A model generated the notes under the pieces. The model searched no databases and was not told the origin of the DNA. It was given only the letters and a program-made list of their open reading frames with translations. 64,000 bases of DNA. Origin: Candidatus Multivorans sp. Its GTDB lineage: Bacteria; Acidobacteriota; Thermoanaerobaculia; Multivoradales; Multivoraceae. The stretch lies in contig OZ251997.1 in NCBI GenBank assembly GCA_965247095.1, forward strand, positions 3,264,001 through 3,328,000, written 5' to 3'. Positions 1-9,008 of this stretch are shown one piece after another (the first letter of the stretch is position 1; each line of letters starts with the position of its first letter). The position numbers were made by a program, and so were the translations under genes.

Positions 1-413
1 ACACGATCCGCGGCCCGACCCGGCAGGTCCAGCTCTTCGAGGTCTTCAGGCGCGAGATGGGTGAGGACCGTGATCCCGAGCACGCGGATCTCGTCACCAG
101 CCGCTTCGACCGCGGCCTCCAACATCCGCCGCCCGCCGCCCGCGTGCACCGTCAGGTAGGAGACGCCCAGCTCCCTCGCCGCGCCCACCGCCCCCGCGAC
201 GGTACTCGGGATGTCGTGGAACTTGAAGTCGAGGAAGACCTCCGCGCCGGTCCTCGCGGCCTCTTCGACCGCCGTACGCCCCCAGCGCAGGACGACCCGC
301 GGTCCCACCTTCAGGACGCCGACGCGAGGGCCGAAGAAGGAACACCAGCGGCGGTACGTGTCCCGATCGTCCGTGTCGAGGGCGACGGCGACCCGCTCCA
401 GCCGGCCCGTCAC
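1..413 (-). CDS. pyrF: Orotidine-5'-phosphate decarboxylase (partial, runs off window start)
   Basis: Minus-strand translation contains VFLDFKFHDIPSTV (DxKxxDIxxT motif), LTVHAGGG and GITVLT. GTG start at 413 overlaps the pyrD stop. Confidence 0.9.
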   Translation of the reverse strand, partial: MTGRLERVAVALDTDDRDTYRRWCSFFGPRVGVLKVGPRVVLRWGRTAVEEAARTGAEVFLDFKFHDIPSTVAGAVGAARELGVSYLTVHAGGGRRMLEAAVEAAGDEIRVLGITVLTHLAPEDLEELDLPGRAADR

Positions 414-1345
414 GAAGCTGCCGCCCCGATCAGGGAGGCCACCGAGTCCACACCATCCGCCTCGAGACGATCGCGCAGTCCATCGACGAGGCGCTCCGCT
501 GTCCTGGGATCGCGGAACAGCGCCGTGCCGACCTGAACCGCGGAGGCGCCCGCCAGCAGGTACTCCAGCACGTCGTCGACCGTCTCGATCCCGCCGATCC
601 CGATCACCGGCAGGTCCACCGCGCGGGCGACATCCCAGACGATCCGCAGCGCCAGCGGCTTGATCGCCGGCCCCGAAAGCCCGCCACGCACCGTCGACAG
701 CACCGGACGCCGGGTATTCGTGTCGATCGCCATGCCGACGAAGGTGTTCACCGCCGACAGGATATCGGCGCCGCCGGCGCTCGCAGCCTGGCCCAGGGCC
801 GCCGGCGAGGTCACGTTCGGCGACAGCTTGACCACCACCGGCTTGCCGGTCGCGGAACGTACCCGCCGGACCAGACCGTACAGGATGTCGGGGTCATGAC
901 CGAACTCGATTCCGCCCTTGCTCACGTTGGGGCAGGACACGTTCAACTCCACCGCGGCCACGCCGGGGTGGGGGTCGACCCGCTCGGCCACCCGCACGTA
1001 GTCGTCCTGGTCGTACCCGAACAGGTTGACGATCACCTTCGGCGGCAGTCCGGCCAGACCCGGAAGAACATCGTTCAGGAAGCGGTCGACGCCGATGTTC
1101 TGCAGGCCGATCGAGTTCAGCATGCCGCCGCGGGTCTCGGCGATCCGAACCGGCGGATTCCCCGCCAGGGGCTCGAGCGACAGTCCCTTCGTCACCAGAC
1201 CGCCGAGTCGCCGCAGGTCGGCCCGTTCGGCGAACTCAAGGCCGTAGCCGAACGTTCCGCTCGCCGTCAGAATCGGATTCTGGAGCCGCAGCGGCCCTAC
1301 CTGCGTGGAGAGGTCGACGCCGGATGTGCCGGTGTTCCTGGTCAC
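410..1345 (-). CDS. pyrD: Dihydroorotate dehydrogenase (class 1B catalytic subunit)
   Basis: NPILTASGTFG, NSIGLQN, ELNVSCPN, KLSPN and GGLSGPAIKP motifs. Start placed at the GTG overlapping the pyrK stop. Confidence 0.93.
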   Translation of the reverse strand: MTRNTGTSGVDLSTQVGPLRLQNPILTASGTFGYGLEFAERADLRRLGGLVTKGLSLEPLAGNPPVRIAETRGGMLNSIGLQNIGVDRFLNDVLPGLAGLPPKVIVNLFGYDQDDYVRVAERVDPHPGVAAVELNVSCPNVSKGGIEFGHDPDILYGLVRRVRSATGKPVVVKLSPNVTSPAALGQAASAGGADILSAVNTFVGMAIDTNTRRPVLSTVRGGLSGPAIKPLALRIVWDVARAVDLPVIGIGGIETVDDVLEYLLAGASAVQVGTALFRDPRTAERLVDGLRDRLEADGVDSVASLIGAAAS

Positions 1346-2169
1346 CAAACCACCTCCCCCAGATCGAAGACCGGGCCGTGCCGGCAGCACAGTGCGTAAC
1401 CGCCCTTCTTGAGCGGCACCGCGCAGCCGAGGCAGGCGCCGTAACCGCAACCCATCGGGGTCTCCATCGCTGCTTCCCCCTCGATGCCGTGATCGGCGGC
1501 GATCCGCGCCACCGCAGCCATCAGACCGTGGGGACCGCAGGTGCAGAGCGCCCTGTACGCCGCCCCTGCCTCCGTCCCGCCGTCCTTGAGGGTCGCCGCA
1601 AGCGCCTCAGTGACCAACCCTCGGCCGCCGGCGGTGCCGTCCTCCGTCGTCCTGACCAACCGACCGCCGGTGCTTTCGCTCAAGCGCCGGAATTCTCCGG
1701 CCTCGACCAGATCGTCCGCGCTGCGACCGCCGTAGTAGAAGTCGAAAGGCCTGCCGGCACGCGCCAACGCCTGAGCCAACAGACCCAGGCCAGCCGATCC
1801 GATGCCGCCCGCAACCAACGCGGCGCGGCCGCCGCGCGGCGGATCGGATGCCATACTGTGAAATCCGGTGCCCAAGGGACCGAGAACGGGGATGTCTTGA
1901 CCCGGGGTACAGGCCGCCAGGTTCTCCGTTCCCCGGCCGATCACCTTGCCGAGCAGAGAGATCGCCAGCGCCCCGTTTCCGGCCGGCGCCTGGTCGTAGA
2001 CCGAGAACGCCCGCCTCAGGTACGGCTCCGCCTGGTTGGCGCCAGCCACCATGACGAACTGACCGGGCGCGGCGGGCGCCATGCCGGCCACCCGGATCCG
2101 GAGCAGGAAGTGCCGAAGAGGCAACGCCTGGACCTCGAGTACTTTCCCTCTCGCGTCCAGCGCCGCCAT
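1342..2169 (-). CDS. pyrK: Dihydroorotate dehydrogenase electron transfer subunit
   Basis: PGQF..LRRAFS, GPLG.GF, AGGIG, CGP and C-terminal MGCGYGACLGC...CC 2Fe-2S motif; adjacent to pyrD. Confidence 0.9.
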   Translation of the reverse strand: MAALDARGKVLEVQALPLRHFLLRIRVAGMAPAAPGQFVMVAGANQAEPYLRRAFSVYDQAPAGNGALAISLLGKVIGRGTENLAACTPGQDIPVLGPLGTGFHSMASDPPRGGRAALVAGGIGSAGLGLLAQALARAGRPFDFYYGGRSADDLVEAGEFRRLSESTGGRLVRTTEDGTAGGRGLVTEALAATLKDGGTEAGAAYRALCTCGPHGLMAAVARIAADHGIEGEAAMETPMGCGYGACLGCAVPLKKGGYALCCRHGPVFDLGEVVW

Positions 2170-2257
2170 GGCGCGAGCGAGGGTAGCACTCCTGGGACGC
2201 TCCGGTCGAAGCCGAGCGGCAATCCAGACCCCGCGGCCGCCCGGTAGAGTGGTCCCA

Positions 2258-3937
2258 GTGAATCGCGAACGGCTCCTCAGTTGCGCTGCGTGCGCGATAC
2301 CCGGCCTCCTGGCCGGGATCCACTTGGCGGGGCTCCTCTTCTTCCTCAATCCGCACCTGCCGTTTCATCCGGGACCGGTGTTCCGGACCAGCGTCTACTA
2401 CGGGTTGCTTGGGGCCCTCAGCACGATGGCGGTGCTGATCCCCATCTCATGGCGGGCGCCCGAACGTTCCCTGCGGCTGCTTCCCTGGTGCCTCGCGGCC
2501 GTGTTCGGCGCCGCTGCCGGCCTCGACCTTGCGCACGCGGCCTTCTACGATCAGTTCCTGCCGCCAGGCATCCACGATCGCCTGATCAAGGCCGGACTCT
2601 GGCTGGCCCTGGCGGCAGCGGTCACGCTCTACACCGCGTTTCTTCACACCTACCGCCGGCAGAGGCCCTACGGGGCCCGCAGCCGCTTCGGCATCGCCAG
2701 CCTGGCAGTGCTGACCGTGTACTCGGTCTTCGAACGGCGCGAGGCCTTCGAGCCGCCGCCGCAGAGGAAGCCTCGAGCGGCGGCGATCGAGTCCACACCG
2801 CCGCCCAACCTCCTGATCGTGGGCCTCGATGGCGGATCGCTCGACGCCATCCTGCCCCTCTCCGAACAGGGGCTGCTCCCGTTCTTCTCACAGACCATGC
2901 GAGCCGGCAGCTACGGCCGCGCCGAGTCCATCGAACCGGCGAGTCGCCTGCCTCTCTGGACCACGGTGGTTACGGGTAAATACCCTTTCCGGCACGGCGT
3001 CGTATCCGAGGAGACCTGGGGCGCGCCGTCGCTTCGCGGCGAGCGCTTCCACCTGACGCCCCGCGGTATCGCCTTCGGCGTTTGGGGCGACCGCGGCATG
3101 CCCGAGGGCGGCCCGGCGGTCCTGCCTTCCGCCCCGTCCCTCTGGCAGATCGCGGCGGGATTCGGCCTCGACGTGTTCGCACTCGACTTCGGCGTCGGCC
3201 TCACCGGCTCCAACGTCGGCCGGACCGCGGCCCTTGGTTCAGCCATGGAGGACGAGCGGCTGGCCCGGCTCGGAGACGGCCCGCCATCCGCGCTCTATAC
3301 CGCGGCGCTCCGTGACCTGGAGACCCATACCCAACTGCTGGCGATCCTCGAGTCTCGATCACAGGACGACGATTCAGGGCTCGTCGTCTTTGCGGTGATG
3401 GACGGTCTGGCCGCGGTCTCGCACCTCTACTACGACTCCTACGAGGCGGTTCAGTTCGACGGCGATCAGAAGCCGGTTCGCGTCGACCGGGCGCGCTGGC
3501 TGTCCTCCTACTACGCGTTCGTGGACGGTCTGGTGGCCGAGGCCTGGCAGCAACTGCCGCAGCCCCGGATGCTGGCGGTGGTCAGCGCCTACGGTTGGAG
3601 GCGGTCCGGGCCCCTGCGTCGCCTGTTGCGCGTACGGGGCAAGGCGCCCGGCGGGACGGGGGGCGGTTCCCAGAACACGCCCGACGGACTGCTCCTGTTG
3701 CGGGGACAGGGAATCAACGAGGACCTTCTCCTGACCCGGCTCGGCATCCAGGACGTGGCGCCAACCCTGCTCTACGCTCTGAACCTGCCGACCGCGCTCG
3801 ACATCGACGGCCGCGTGATCACCGAGGCCTTCGAGCCGTCGACGCTGGCTCGCCGGCCGATCGCCTTCGTGCCGTCCTACGAAACGAAGACCGGTACCGC
3901 GCGCCAACCCGGGTGGCGCGATCCGCGCCGCCCGTGA
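2258..3937 (+). CDS. Membrane-anchored alkaline phosphatase / nucleotide pyrophosphatase superfamily protein, possibly inactive
   Basis: About 5 N-terminal TM helices, then LLIVGLDG, WTTVVTG..P..HG and C-terminal DVAPTLLYALNLP...DGR. Start approximate. Confidence 0.7.
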   Translation: MNRERLLSCAACAIPGLLAGIHLAGLLFFLNPHLPFHPGPVFRTSVYYGLLGALSTMAVLIPISWRAPERSLRLLPWCLAAVFGAAAGLDLAHAAFYDQFLPPGIHDRLIKAGLWLALAAAVTLYTAFLHTYRRQRPYGARSRFGIASLAVLTVYSVFERREAFEPPPQRKPRAAAIESTPPPNLLIVGLDGGSLDAILPLSEQGLLPFFSQTMRAGSYGRAESIEPASRLPLWTTVVTGKYPFRHGVVSEETWGAPSLRGERFHLTPRGIAFGVWGDRGMPEGGPAVLPSAPSLWQIAAGFGLDVFALDFGVGLTGSNVGRTAALGSAMEDERLARLGDGPPSALYTAALRDLETHTQLLAILESRSQDDDSGLVVFAVMDGLAAVSHLYYDSYEAVQFDGDQKPVRVDRARWLSSYYAFVDGLVAEAWQQLPQPRMLAVVSAYGWRRSGPLRRLLRVRGKAPGGTGGGSQNTPDGLLLLRGQGINEDLLLTRLGIQDVAPTLLYALNLPTALDIDGRVITEAFEPSTLARRPIAFVPSYETKTGTARQPGWRDPRRP

Positions 3938-3974
3938 ACCAGTCCGTGCGCCCGTCATCGGGTGCATGGATGAC
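3906..3974 (+). repeat. Double-hairpin palindromic repeat, family A, copy 1
   Basis: AACC-CGGGTGGCGCG atc CGCGCCGCCCG followed by TCCGTGCGCCCG tcat CGGGTGCATGGA. Homologous to 30596-30680 and 42023-42091. Confidence 0.8.
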
Positions 3975-4109
3975 ACCCTGACCGCGGGCGGAAACGCCGT
4001 GGCTACTCGGGCTGGTCGGCGGATCCGGCGTCGCCGGCCGAGGAATCGGCCGACGGGGCTGTGCCTCCCGGAAGAGCGAATCGCTGGAGGGCTGGATCGG
4101 AGTCCTTAG

Positions 4110-6067
4110 TCTGAAGTTCTGAGGCTTGAAACGTGAGATCCGCTGTAGTGGCGGGGCTTTGCGGCGATTTCGGGGTGTTGTCTACTGGGTACGTTCGGTC
4201 AAGGTCGGACCTTGAGGAGGTTGAAGGCCTGGGCCTGTAGTGGCGTCGGTCGAGCGAGGACGTTGGCGGAGACGGCGGCTGCGGCGACGGGTCGCACCTG
4301 GTTACGGGTGAGCGTGGCCAGATCGGCGAGGAGTGTCTGGAAGCTGTGGACGGGAAATCCGTCGGGGGTGCGTTTGCTGGCCGCCTTGGCGCGGGCCGAG
4401 AGCGACCGCCTTGCGGGTTGGACCGGCGAGCTGCGGTGGTCGCGGCGGTCCTGATCGTCGAAGAGCAGCGGCGCGAGGAGGCGTCGCATGTGCCACTCGA
4501 CGTAGTAGGCGAGCATGCACAGGAAGACGTGGGCTCGCACCCGTTCGGCGAGGCGGTGGTGTACGGGGCGCACTTTCAGATCGACGCTCTTGTAGCTGCG
4601 GAAGGCGCGCTCGACGTGGCTGAGGCTCTTGTAGGAGCGGACCGCGGAGGCGGCCGGGAGATCGGTTTCGGGGACGTTGGTGCGGATGACGTAAAAGCCG
4701 TCGAGGGCGGCCTCCTCGGCGATGCGCTCTTCGTTGCGTTGGTACCCGAAGCCGTCGTCCGAGACCTCGACGTCGAAGTGCTTGCCGACCTTGTGGGCGC
4801 GCAGCGCCCGGTCGACGCGCACGGCGATGTTCTTCGTGCCCCGCAGCGGCTTCTTTGGGCGCTGCGTCGCCTGGACCACCTTCTCCAGCTTGGCTTCGGT
4901 GGCAGCTAGAAGCTGCAGCCGCTTGCGACTCCGGCGGACTTCAAGGAGTGGGTTCTTGCACACCACCAGGCGCTCCCCCGGATACAGATCGGGGGCGCTG
5001 ATCTCCGCCATGTCCCGCTCGTCGAAGAGCGACAGTTGCAGATGGCCCTGGTGCACCAGTTTGCGTATCGCCGGGGCGCGCAGGGCGCTGATCCAGGACA
5101 AACCGCTCGGTTCCAGGTCCTCGCGGATGCGGGCGTCGGTGATCAGCCCCCGGTCGCCGACCAGCACGACCCGCTCCAGCGAGAACCGCTTGCTGAGCTT
5201 GTGCACCTGGGAGCTCAGCGTCTTGGGATCGGCGGTGTTGCCTGAGAAGACCTCGACCGCGACCGGGCAGCCGTCCCGGTTGCAGAGCAGGCCGAAGACG
5301 ATCTGGGGCTTGCCCGGCTTGCCGTCCTTGGAGTATCCGTGCCGGGCCAACCGGCACTTCGAGCCCTCCATGTAGACCGAGGTCACGTCGCACAGGACCA
5401 GGCAACCGTTCTCCAGGTGTCGCTCGGCCAGCCGCCGCTCGATGCGCTCCTGCCGCCTGAGCAGCCAGTCCATGGCGGCGTAGAGTTCGTCCGCTTCAGC
5501 CTCCTCGACGCCGAGCTCCTCGCCGAGGGTGTGGGTGGTGGTTTCGCTTGCGAGTCCGCGCGCGGTGGCGAGCTTGGAGCGGGGATCGAGGATGCGCGCA
5601 ACGATCATCGCCATGACGAGCGCTCGTTGTCGGGAAGGTCGTCGATCGAGGAGAGGTTCGAGTCCGAGTCGTCTGGCGGCGCCGAGGGTGGCGGCGACAT
5701 GTCCGTGGGGTATGGAGCGGAGGATGTCGAAGACGGAGTCGAGCGAGGGCAGGGCCACTCCGCCCTTGAGCAGGATGCGCAGCCCCTCGACGAGTTCGTC
5801 GGGCCACTTGGAGAGGTTGGCGAGGGTGCGTTTCCTGACCTTTCCGTCTTGCCTGTAGGACTCGCGCAGGAGGACGGCTGGCGGTGAGTTGCGGTTGCGC
5901 ACACGTTCAACGTACATGGCTTCGCATTGTACAGTAGAATCATTGTTATGTCTACTCTGCTTTCTACTATTACATGGCTACACTCTGCAGCTCCATGAAC
6001 GCCGAAAACCCAAGCCACGTCTACCACTATCCGCGGTTCAGACCCTCAGAATGACCAGAACTTCGGC
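4110..6067 (-). mobile_element. IS1634-family insertion sequence, copy 1
   Basis: Imperfect terminal inverted repeats (TCTGAAGTTCTG / CAGAACTTCGGC) flanked by TTAG direct repeats at 4106-4109 and 6068-6071; encloses a transposase. Confidence 0.8.
4199..5917 (-). CDS. IS1634-family DDE transposase
   Basis: 572 aa. N-terminal LLRESYR.DGKV..RTLANLS, CDVTS, VGDRG, YKSLSHVERAFR, RVRAHVFLCMLAYY. Confidence 0.92.
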   Translation of the reverse strand: MYVERVRNRNSPPAVLLRESYRQDGKVRKRTLANLSKWPDELVEGLRILLKGGVALPSLDSVFDILRSIPHGHVAATLGAARRLGLEPLLDRRPSRQRALVMAMIVARILDPRSKLATARGLASETTTHTLGEELGVEEAEADELYAAMDWLLRRQERIERRLAERHLENGCLVLCDVTSVYMEGSKCRLARHGYSKDGKPGKPQIVFGLLCNRDGCPVAVEVFSGNTADPKTLSSQVHKLSKRFSLERVVLVGDRGLITDARIREDLEPSGLSWISALRAPAIRKLVHQGHLQLSLFDERDMAEISAPDLYPGERLVVCKNPLLEVRRSRKRLQLLAATEAKLEKVVQATQRPKKPLRGTKNIAVRVDRALRAHKVGKHFDVEVSDDGFGYQRNEERIAEEAALDGFYVIRTNVPETDLPAASAVRSYKSLSHVERAFRSYKSVDLKVRPVHHRLAERVRAHVFLCMLAYYVEWHMRRLLAPLLFDDQDRRDHRSSPVQPARRSLSARAKAASKRTPDGFPVHSFQTLLADLATLTRNQVRPVAAAAVSANVLARPTPLQAQAFNLLKVRP

Positions 6068-6477
6068 TTAGTCCCCGTCGCCGGCTTGCCGCTGTCTACG
6101 ATGGCGGGTCCCGCGGGACGGACGGTCTCGGAGGGACTCATCGTGCATTTGCCCTGGAAGAAAGCCCCACTCGCGATGACGAGAACCGGAGAGTTGATCT
6201 CGCCCTCGACGTGACCGTTCACGCCGATCTCAATCCGCTTCGTGGCCTCGACCTGCCCTTCGAGCCGTCCCGAGACGCTGAGTTCGGCCACTTTGACGAC
6301 TCCTTCGACCACGCCCCCTTCACCGACGATCAACTCGCCTTCGGATTCGACCGTGCCGCTGAAGTGGCCGTGCACCCGGAACGTGTTCCGGAAGCGGAGG
6401 TCCCCCTGGACCTCGCAGCCGGCATCGAGAAAGCCGTTCAGGTTGCCTGGGGAGCTGTTCTTGAGGATCTTCGGCAT
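6046..6477 (-). CDS. Bactofilin (polymer-forming cytoskeletal protein); C-terminus altered by IS insertion
   Basis: Beta-helix repeats (V.GDL.F....RVHG.FSG.V...GELIVGEGG.VEG) and C-terminal GAFFQGKC.M; lies downstream of parB. Confidence 0.85.
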   Translation of the reverse strand: MPKILKNSSPGNLNGFLDAGCEVQGDLRFRNTFRVHGHFSGTVESEGELIVGEGGVVEGVVKVAELSVSGRLEGQVEATKRIEIGVNGHVEGEINSPVLVIASGAFFQGKCTMSPSETVRPAGPAIVDSGKPATGTKPKFWSF

Positions 6478-6499
6478 TCTGGCAACGCTCCAACAGTGA

Positions 6500-7375
6500 T
6501 CACTCCGACAGCCGCTCGTAGATGCGGATCAACTCGGGTTCGGAGTGGAAGTGGATTTTCAGGACGCCGCCACCGCGGCGGCGACGGCGGATTTCGACGC
6601 GGGTCTGCAGTCTACGCGTCAACCGCTCGACTGCATCGGCCGTGTGCGGATCGCTCTCCGCGGCGGCTGTCCGGCGCGTCGTGGCGGTCTTCCGCCGCCG
6701 GCTGGCCGCGATGCGCTCCAGTTCTCGCGCACTGAGGGACTCGCGCTCAGCGCGGGCGCCGAGTTCAATCTGACTCTGTTCGTCGCCAAGCGCCAGCAAA
6801 GGACGAGCCTGGCCGGCGGTCAGCGCTCCTGACCGCAACTGCTCCTGCACTGCAGAAGGCAAGCGAAGCAGACGCAGGGCATTCGCCACCGCGGCCCTGC
6901 TCCGGCCGACACGGCCAGCGATTTCCTGCTGTGAAAGCCCGAACTCGTCGCTCAGCGCCCGAAACGCCTCCGCCTCTTCCAGCGGATTCAGATCGGAACG
7001 CTGGAGGTTCTCCACCAGGGCGAGCTCCAACAGTTCGCGCTCGTCCTCCACGTCCCGAAAGACGACCGGCACGGTTTCCAGCCCCGCCCGCTGGGCCGCC
7101 CGCCAGCGACGCTCGCCGGCGACGATGCGATACCGGCCGCCGCGGTCCGGGCCGCCGGTGACGACGAGCGGCTGGAGCACGCCGAGTTGCGCGATCGAGT
7201 TCGCGAGCTCCGTCAGCTCCTCATCGTCGAACCGGTCGCGCGGCTGCCGGCTGTTCGGCTCGAGCTGCGCTACCGGCAACTCGCGTTCCGCACGCGGCGC
7301 GGCTGGAGAACGAGCGCCGCTGTCGGCGAACAGCTCGTCCAGTCCACGACCGAGGCCCCGCCGTCTGCTATTCAC
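6500..7375 (-). CDS. parB: Chromosome partitioning protein ParB/Spo0J
   Basis: GLGRGL, QPR..F, AGERRWRAA, ENLQRSDLNPLEEA and HTH. Confidence 0.95.
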   Translation of the reverse strand: MNSRRRGLGRGLDELFADSGARSPAAPRAERELPVAQLEPNSRQPRDRFDDEELTELANSIAQLGVLQPLVVTGGPDRGGRYRIVAGERRWRAAQRAGLETVPVVFRDVEDERELLELALVENLQRSDLNPLEEAEAFRALSDEFGLSQQEIAGRVGRSRAAVANALRLLRLPSAVQEQLRSGALTAGQARPLLALGDEQSQIELGARAERESLSARELERIAASRRRKTATTRRTAAAESDPHTADAVERLTRRLQTRVEIRRRRRGGGVLKIHFHSEPELIRIYERLSE

Positions 7376-7393
7376 GTGACTCCAGCTGCGGGA

Positions 7394-8152
7394 TCAGGGC
7401 CGGCGAGCCGCGAGTTCCTGCGCCAGATCCAGATAGGCCTGGGCGCCCTTGCTCTTGATGTCGTATTGCAGGACCGGCATTCCGTGACTTGGCGCCTCAG
7501 CCAGGCGGACGTTGCGCGGAACGATCGTATCGCAGACGATCGATCCGAAGTGCTTTCGCACCTCCCGCGCAACGTCCCGCGAGAGGTTGGTGCGGTCATC
7601 GTACATGGTGAGGATCACACCCGCGATCGCCAGGTCGGGCCGTCCCAGTTCCCGCACCCGCTGCACCGTAGCCATCAGCTCGCTGATGCCTTGGAGCGCA
7701 AAGTACTCGCACTGCAGCGGTACGACGACCGCGTCCGCGGCGTAGAGGGCGTTCAGGGTCAGTCGACCCAAGGCCGGCGGACAATCCACGAAGATACGTT
7801 CGTAGTTCTCGCCCAACCTCTCAAGCGACGAAGTAAGCCGCTGGATCCAGTCCCGGTCGCGTTGCAACCCGAACTCCGCTCCCACCAGATCGCGGTTCGC
7901 CGGCAGCAGGTCGACGTAGGGGAACCCGCTCGAGACGACCACGTCAGCCGCTTCGGCCTCGCCGGAGAGCACTTCGAACAGGGTCGGCGGCCGGCCCGAC
8001 CAACCGAGGCCGCTGCTTGCGTTTCCCTGCGGATCGCTATCGACGAGCAGCACCCTCCGCTCCATGGCGCCGAAAGCCGCCGCCAGGTTGATCGCCGACG
8101 TCGTCTTGCCCACCCCGCCCTTCTGGTTGGCGACCGCCAGGACGTCAGCCAC
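7394..8152 (-). CDS. parA: Chromosome partitioning ATPase ParA/Soj
   Basis: NQKGGVGKTT, DSDPQGNAS, DCPP, PLQCEYFAL and RNVRLAEAPSHG. Confidence 0.96.
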   Translation of the reverse strand: MADVLAVANQKGGVGKTTSAINLAAAFGAMERRVLLVDSDPQGNASSGLGWSGRPPTLFEVLSGEAEAADVVVSSGFPYVDLLPANRDLVGAEFGLQRDRDWIQRLTSSLERLGENYERIFVDCPPALGRLTLNALYAADAVVVPLQCEYFALQGISELMATVQRVRELGRPDLAIAGVILTMYDDRTNLSRDVAREVRKHFGSIVCDTIVPRNVRLAEAPSHGMPVLQYDIKSKGAQAYLDLAQELAARRP

Positions 8153-8795
8153 GGCTAAGCGGCCGGAGCAAGAGAAGCCGGCGGTGCCGGCTGTCGGGCA
8201 GATTCATCTCTTCTTCCACAGCACACATCTCCGCCAGCCCGGGCGCCAGTTCACGACCAGCCCATACGATCAGGCGTCCCCCACCCGGAAGGGCGTCGAC
8301 CAGACGGGCCAATGTGGCGTCGGGAAGCCGAACGCCGCGCAGCGTGACGCACTCTACCGTCCCGGCGAGCCGCGCCGCCAACGCGGGGCCGACGTGCCGC
8401 TGAACGACCCGTACGCGGGGAAGGTCGAGCTCGCGGGCCGCCTCAGCCAGGAACGCTGCCTTCCGTTCGCGGGCCTCCGCCAGGATCACCGGCCGCTCTG
8501 GATGCAAAGCCGCCAGTACCAGCCCCGGAAAGCCCGCACCGCTGCCGAGGTCGAGAAGGGACGGGCCTTCGCTATCGGTCTCCGCCGGCTTCCAGAACGC
8601 CCTGGCCGCAACCGACTCCGCGTAGTGGCGCCGGATCCAGACCTCTGGACAGTCCTCGCCCACCAGCCGCACCACGCGGTTCCACCGCTCCAGTAGCTCG
8701 GCATGCCGTACCAGCCGATCTACAGCCTCCGGCGACAACTCGTCGCCAAACTCGCGCCGAAACAGATCAGCATGTTTCACGTGAAACATCGCCAA
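8145..8795 (-). CDS. rsmG: 16S rRNA (guanine527-N7) methyltransferase
   Basis: WN...RL, RH..ES and DLGSGAGFPG; upstream of parA. Confidence 0.85.
   Translation of the reverse strand: MAMFHVKHADLFRREFGDELSPEAVDRLVRHAELLERWNRVVRLVGEDCPEVWIRRHYAESVAARAFWKPAETDSEGPSLLDLGSGAGFPGLVLAALHPERPVILAEARERKAAFLAEAARELDLPRVRVVQRHVGPALAARLAGTVECVTLRGVRLPDATLARLVDALPGGGRLIVWAGRELAPGLAEMCAVEEEMNLPDSRHRRLLLLRPLSRG
8773..8788. promoter_or_regulatory. parS centromere-like site
   Basis: Perfect palindrome TGTTTCACGTGAAACA inside the rsmG 5' end (encodes MFHVKH). Confidence 0.92.
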
Positions 8796-8818
8796 GAGAC
8801 CTGACTCGCCCGCGCCCC

Positions 8819-8834
8819 TGTTTCACGTGAAACA
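8819..8834. promoter_or_regulatory. parS centromere-like site
   Basis: Perfect palindrome TGTTTCACGTGAAACA. Confidence 0.92.
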
Positions 8835-9008
8835 GGCGCTGCCAACGCCGCAATCGAAGCCGCGACCCCTCGACCGTCCATCTCCTGATCTTCGCTGGTC
8901 TCCAACAACAAGGGCACCCTCAACGCACTTCACGTGGAGGGTATCTCTCGTACGCCGGCACCCTCTCCTTCGGTTCCGGGGCAGGCGGGTACCCCCCACG
9001 GAGGCGCG

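Noticed and set aside
7366-7382. Third parS site at the parB start (TTCACGTGA core; similar core near 8929)
   Set aside because: Only the central core matches; the arms deviate too much from the consensus.
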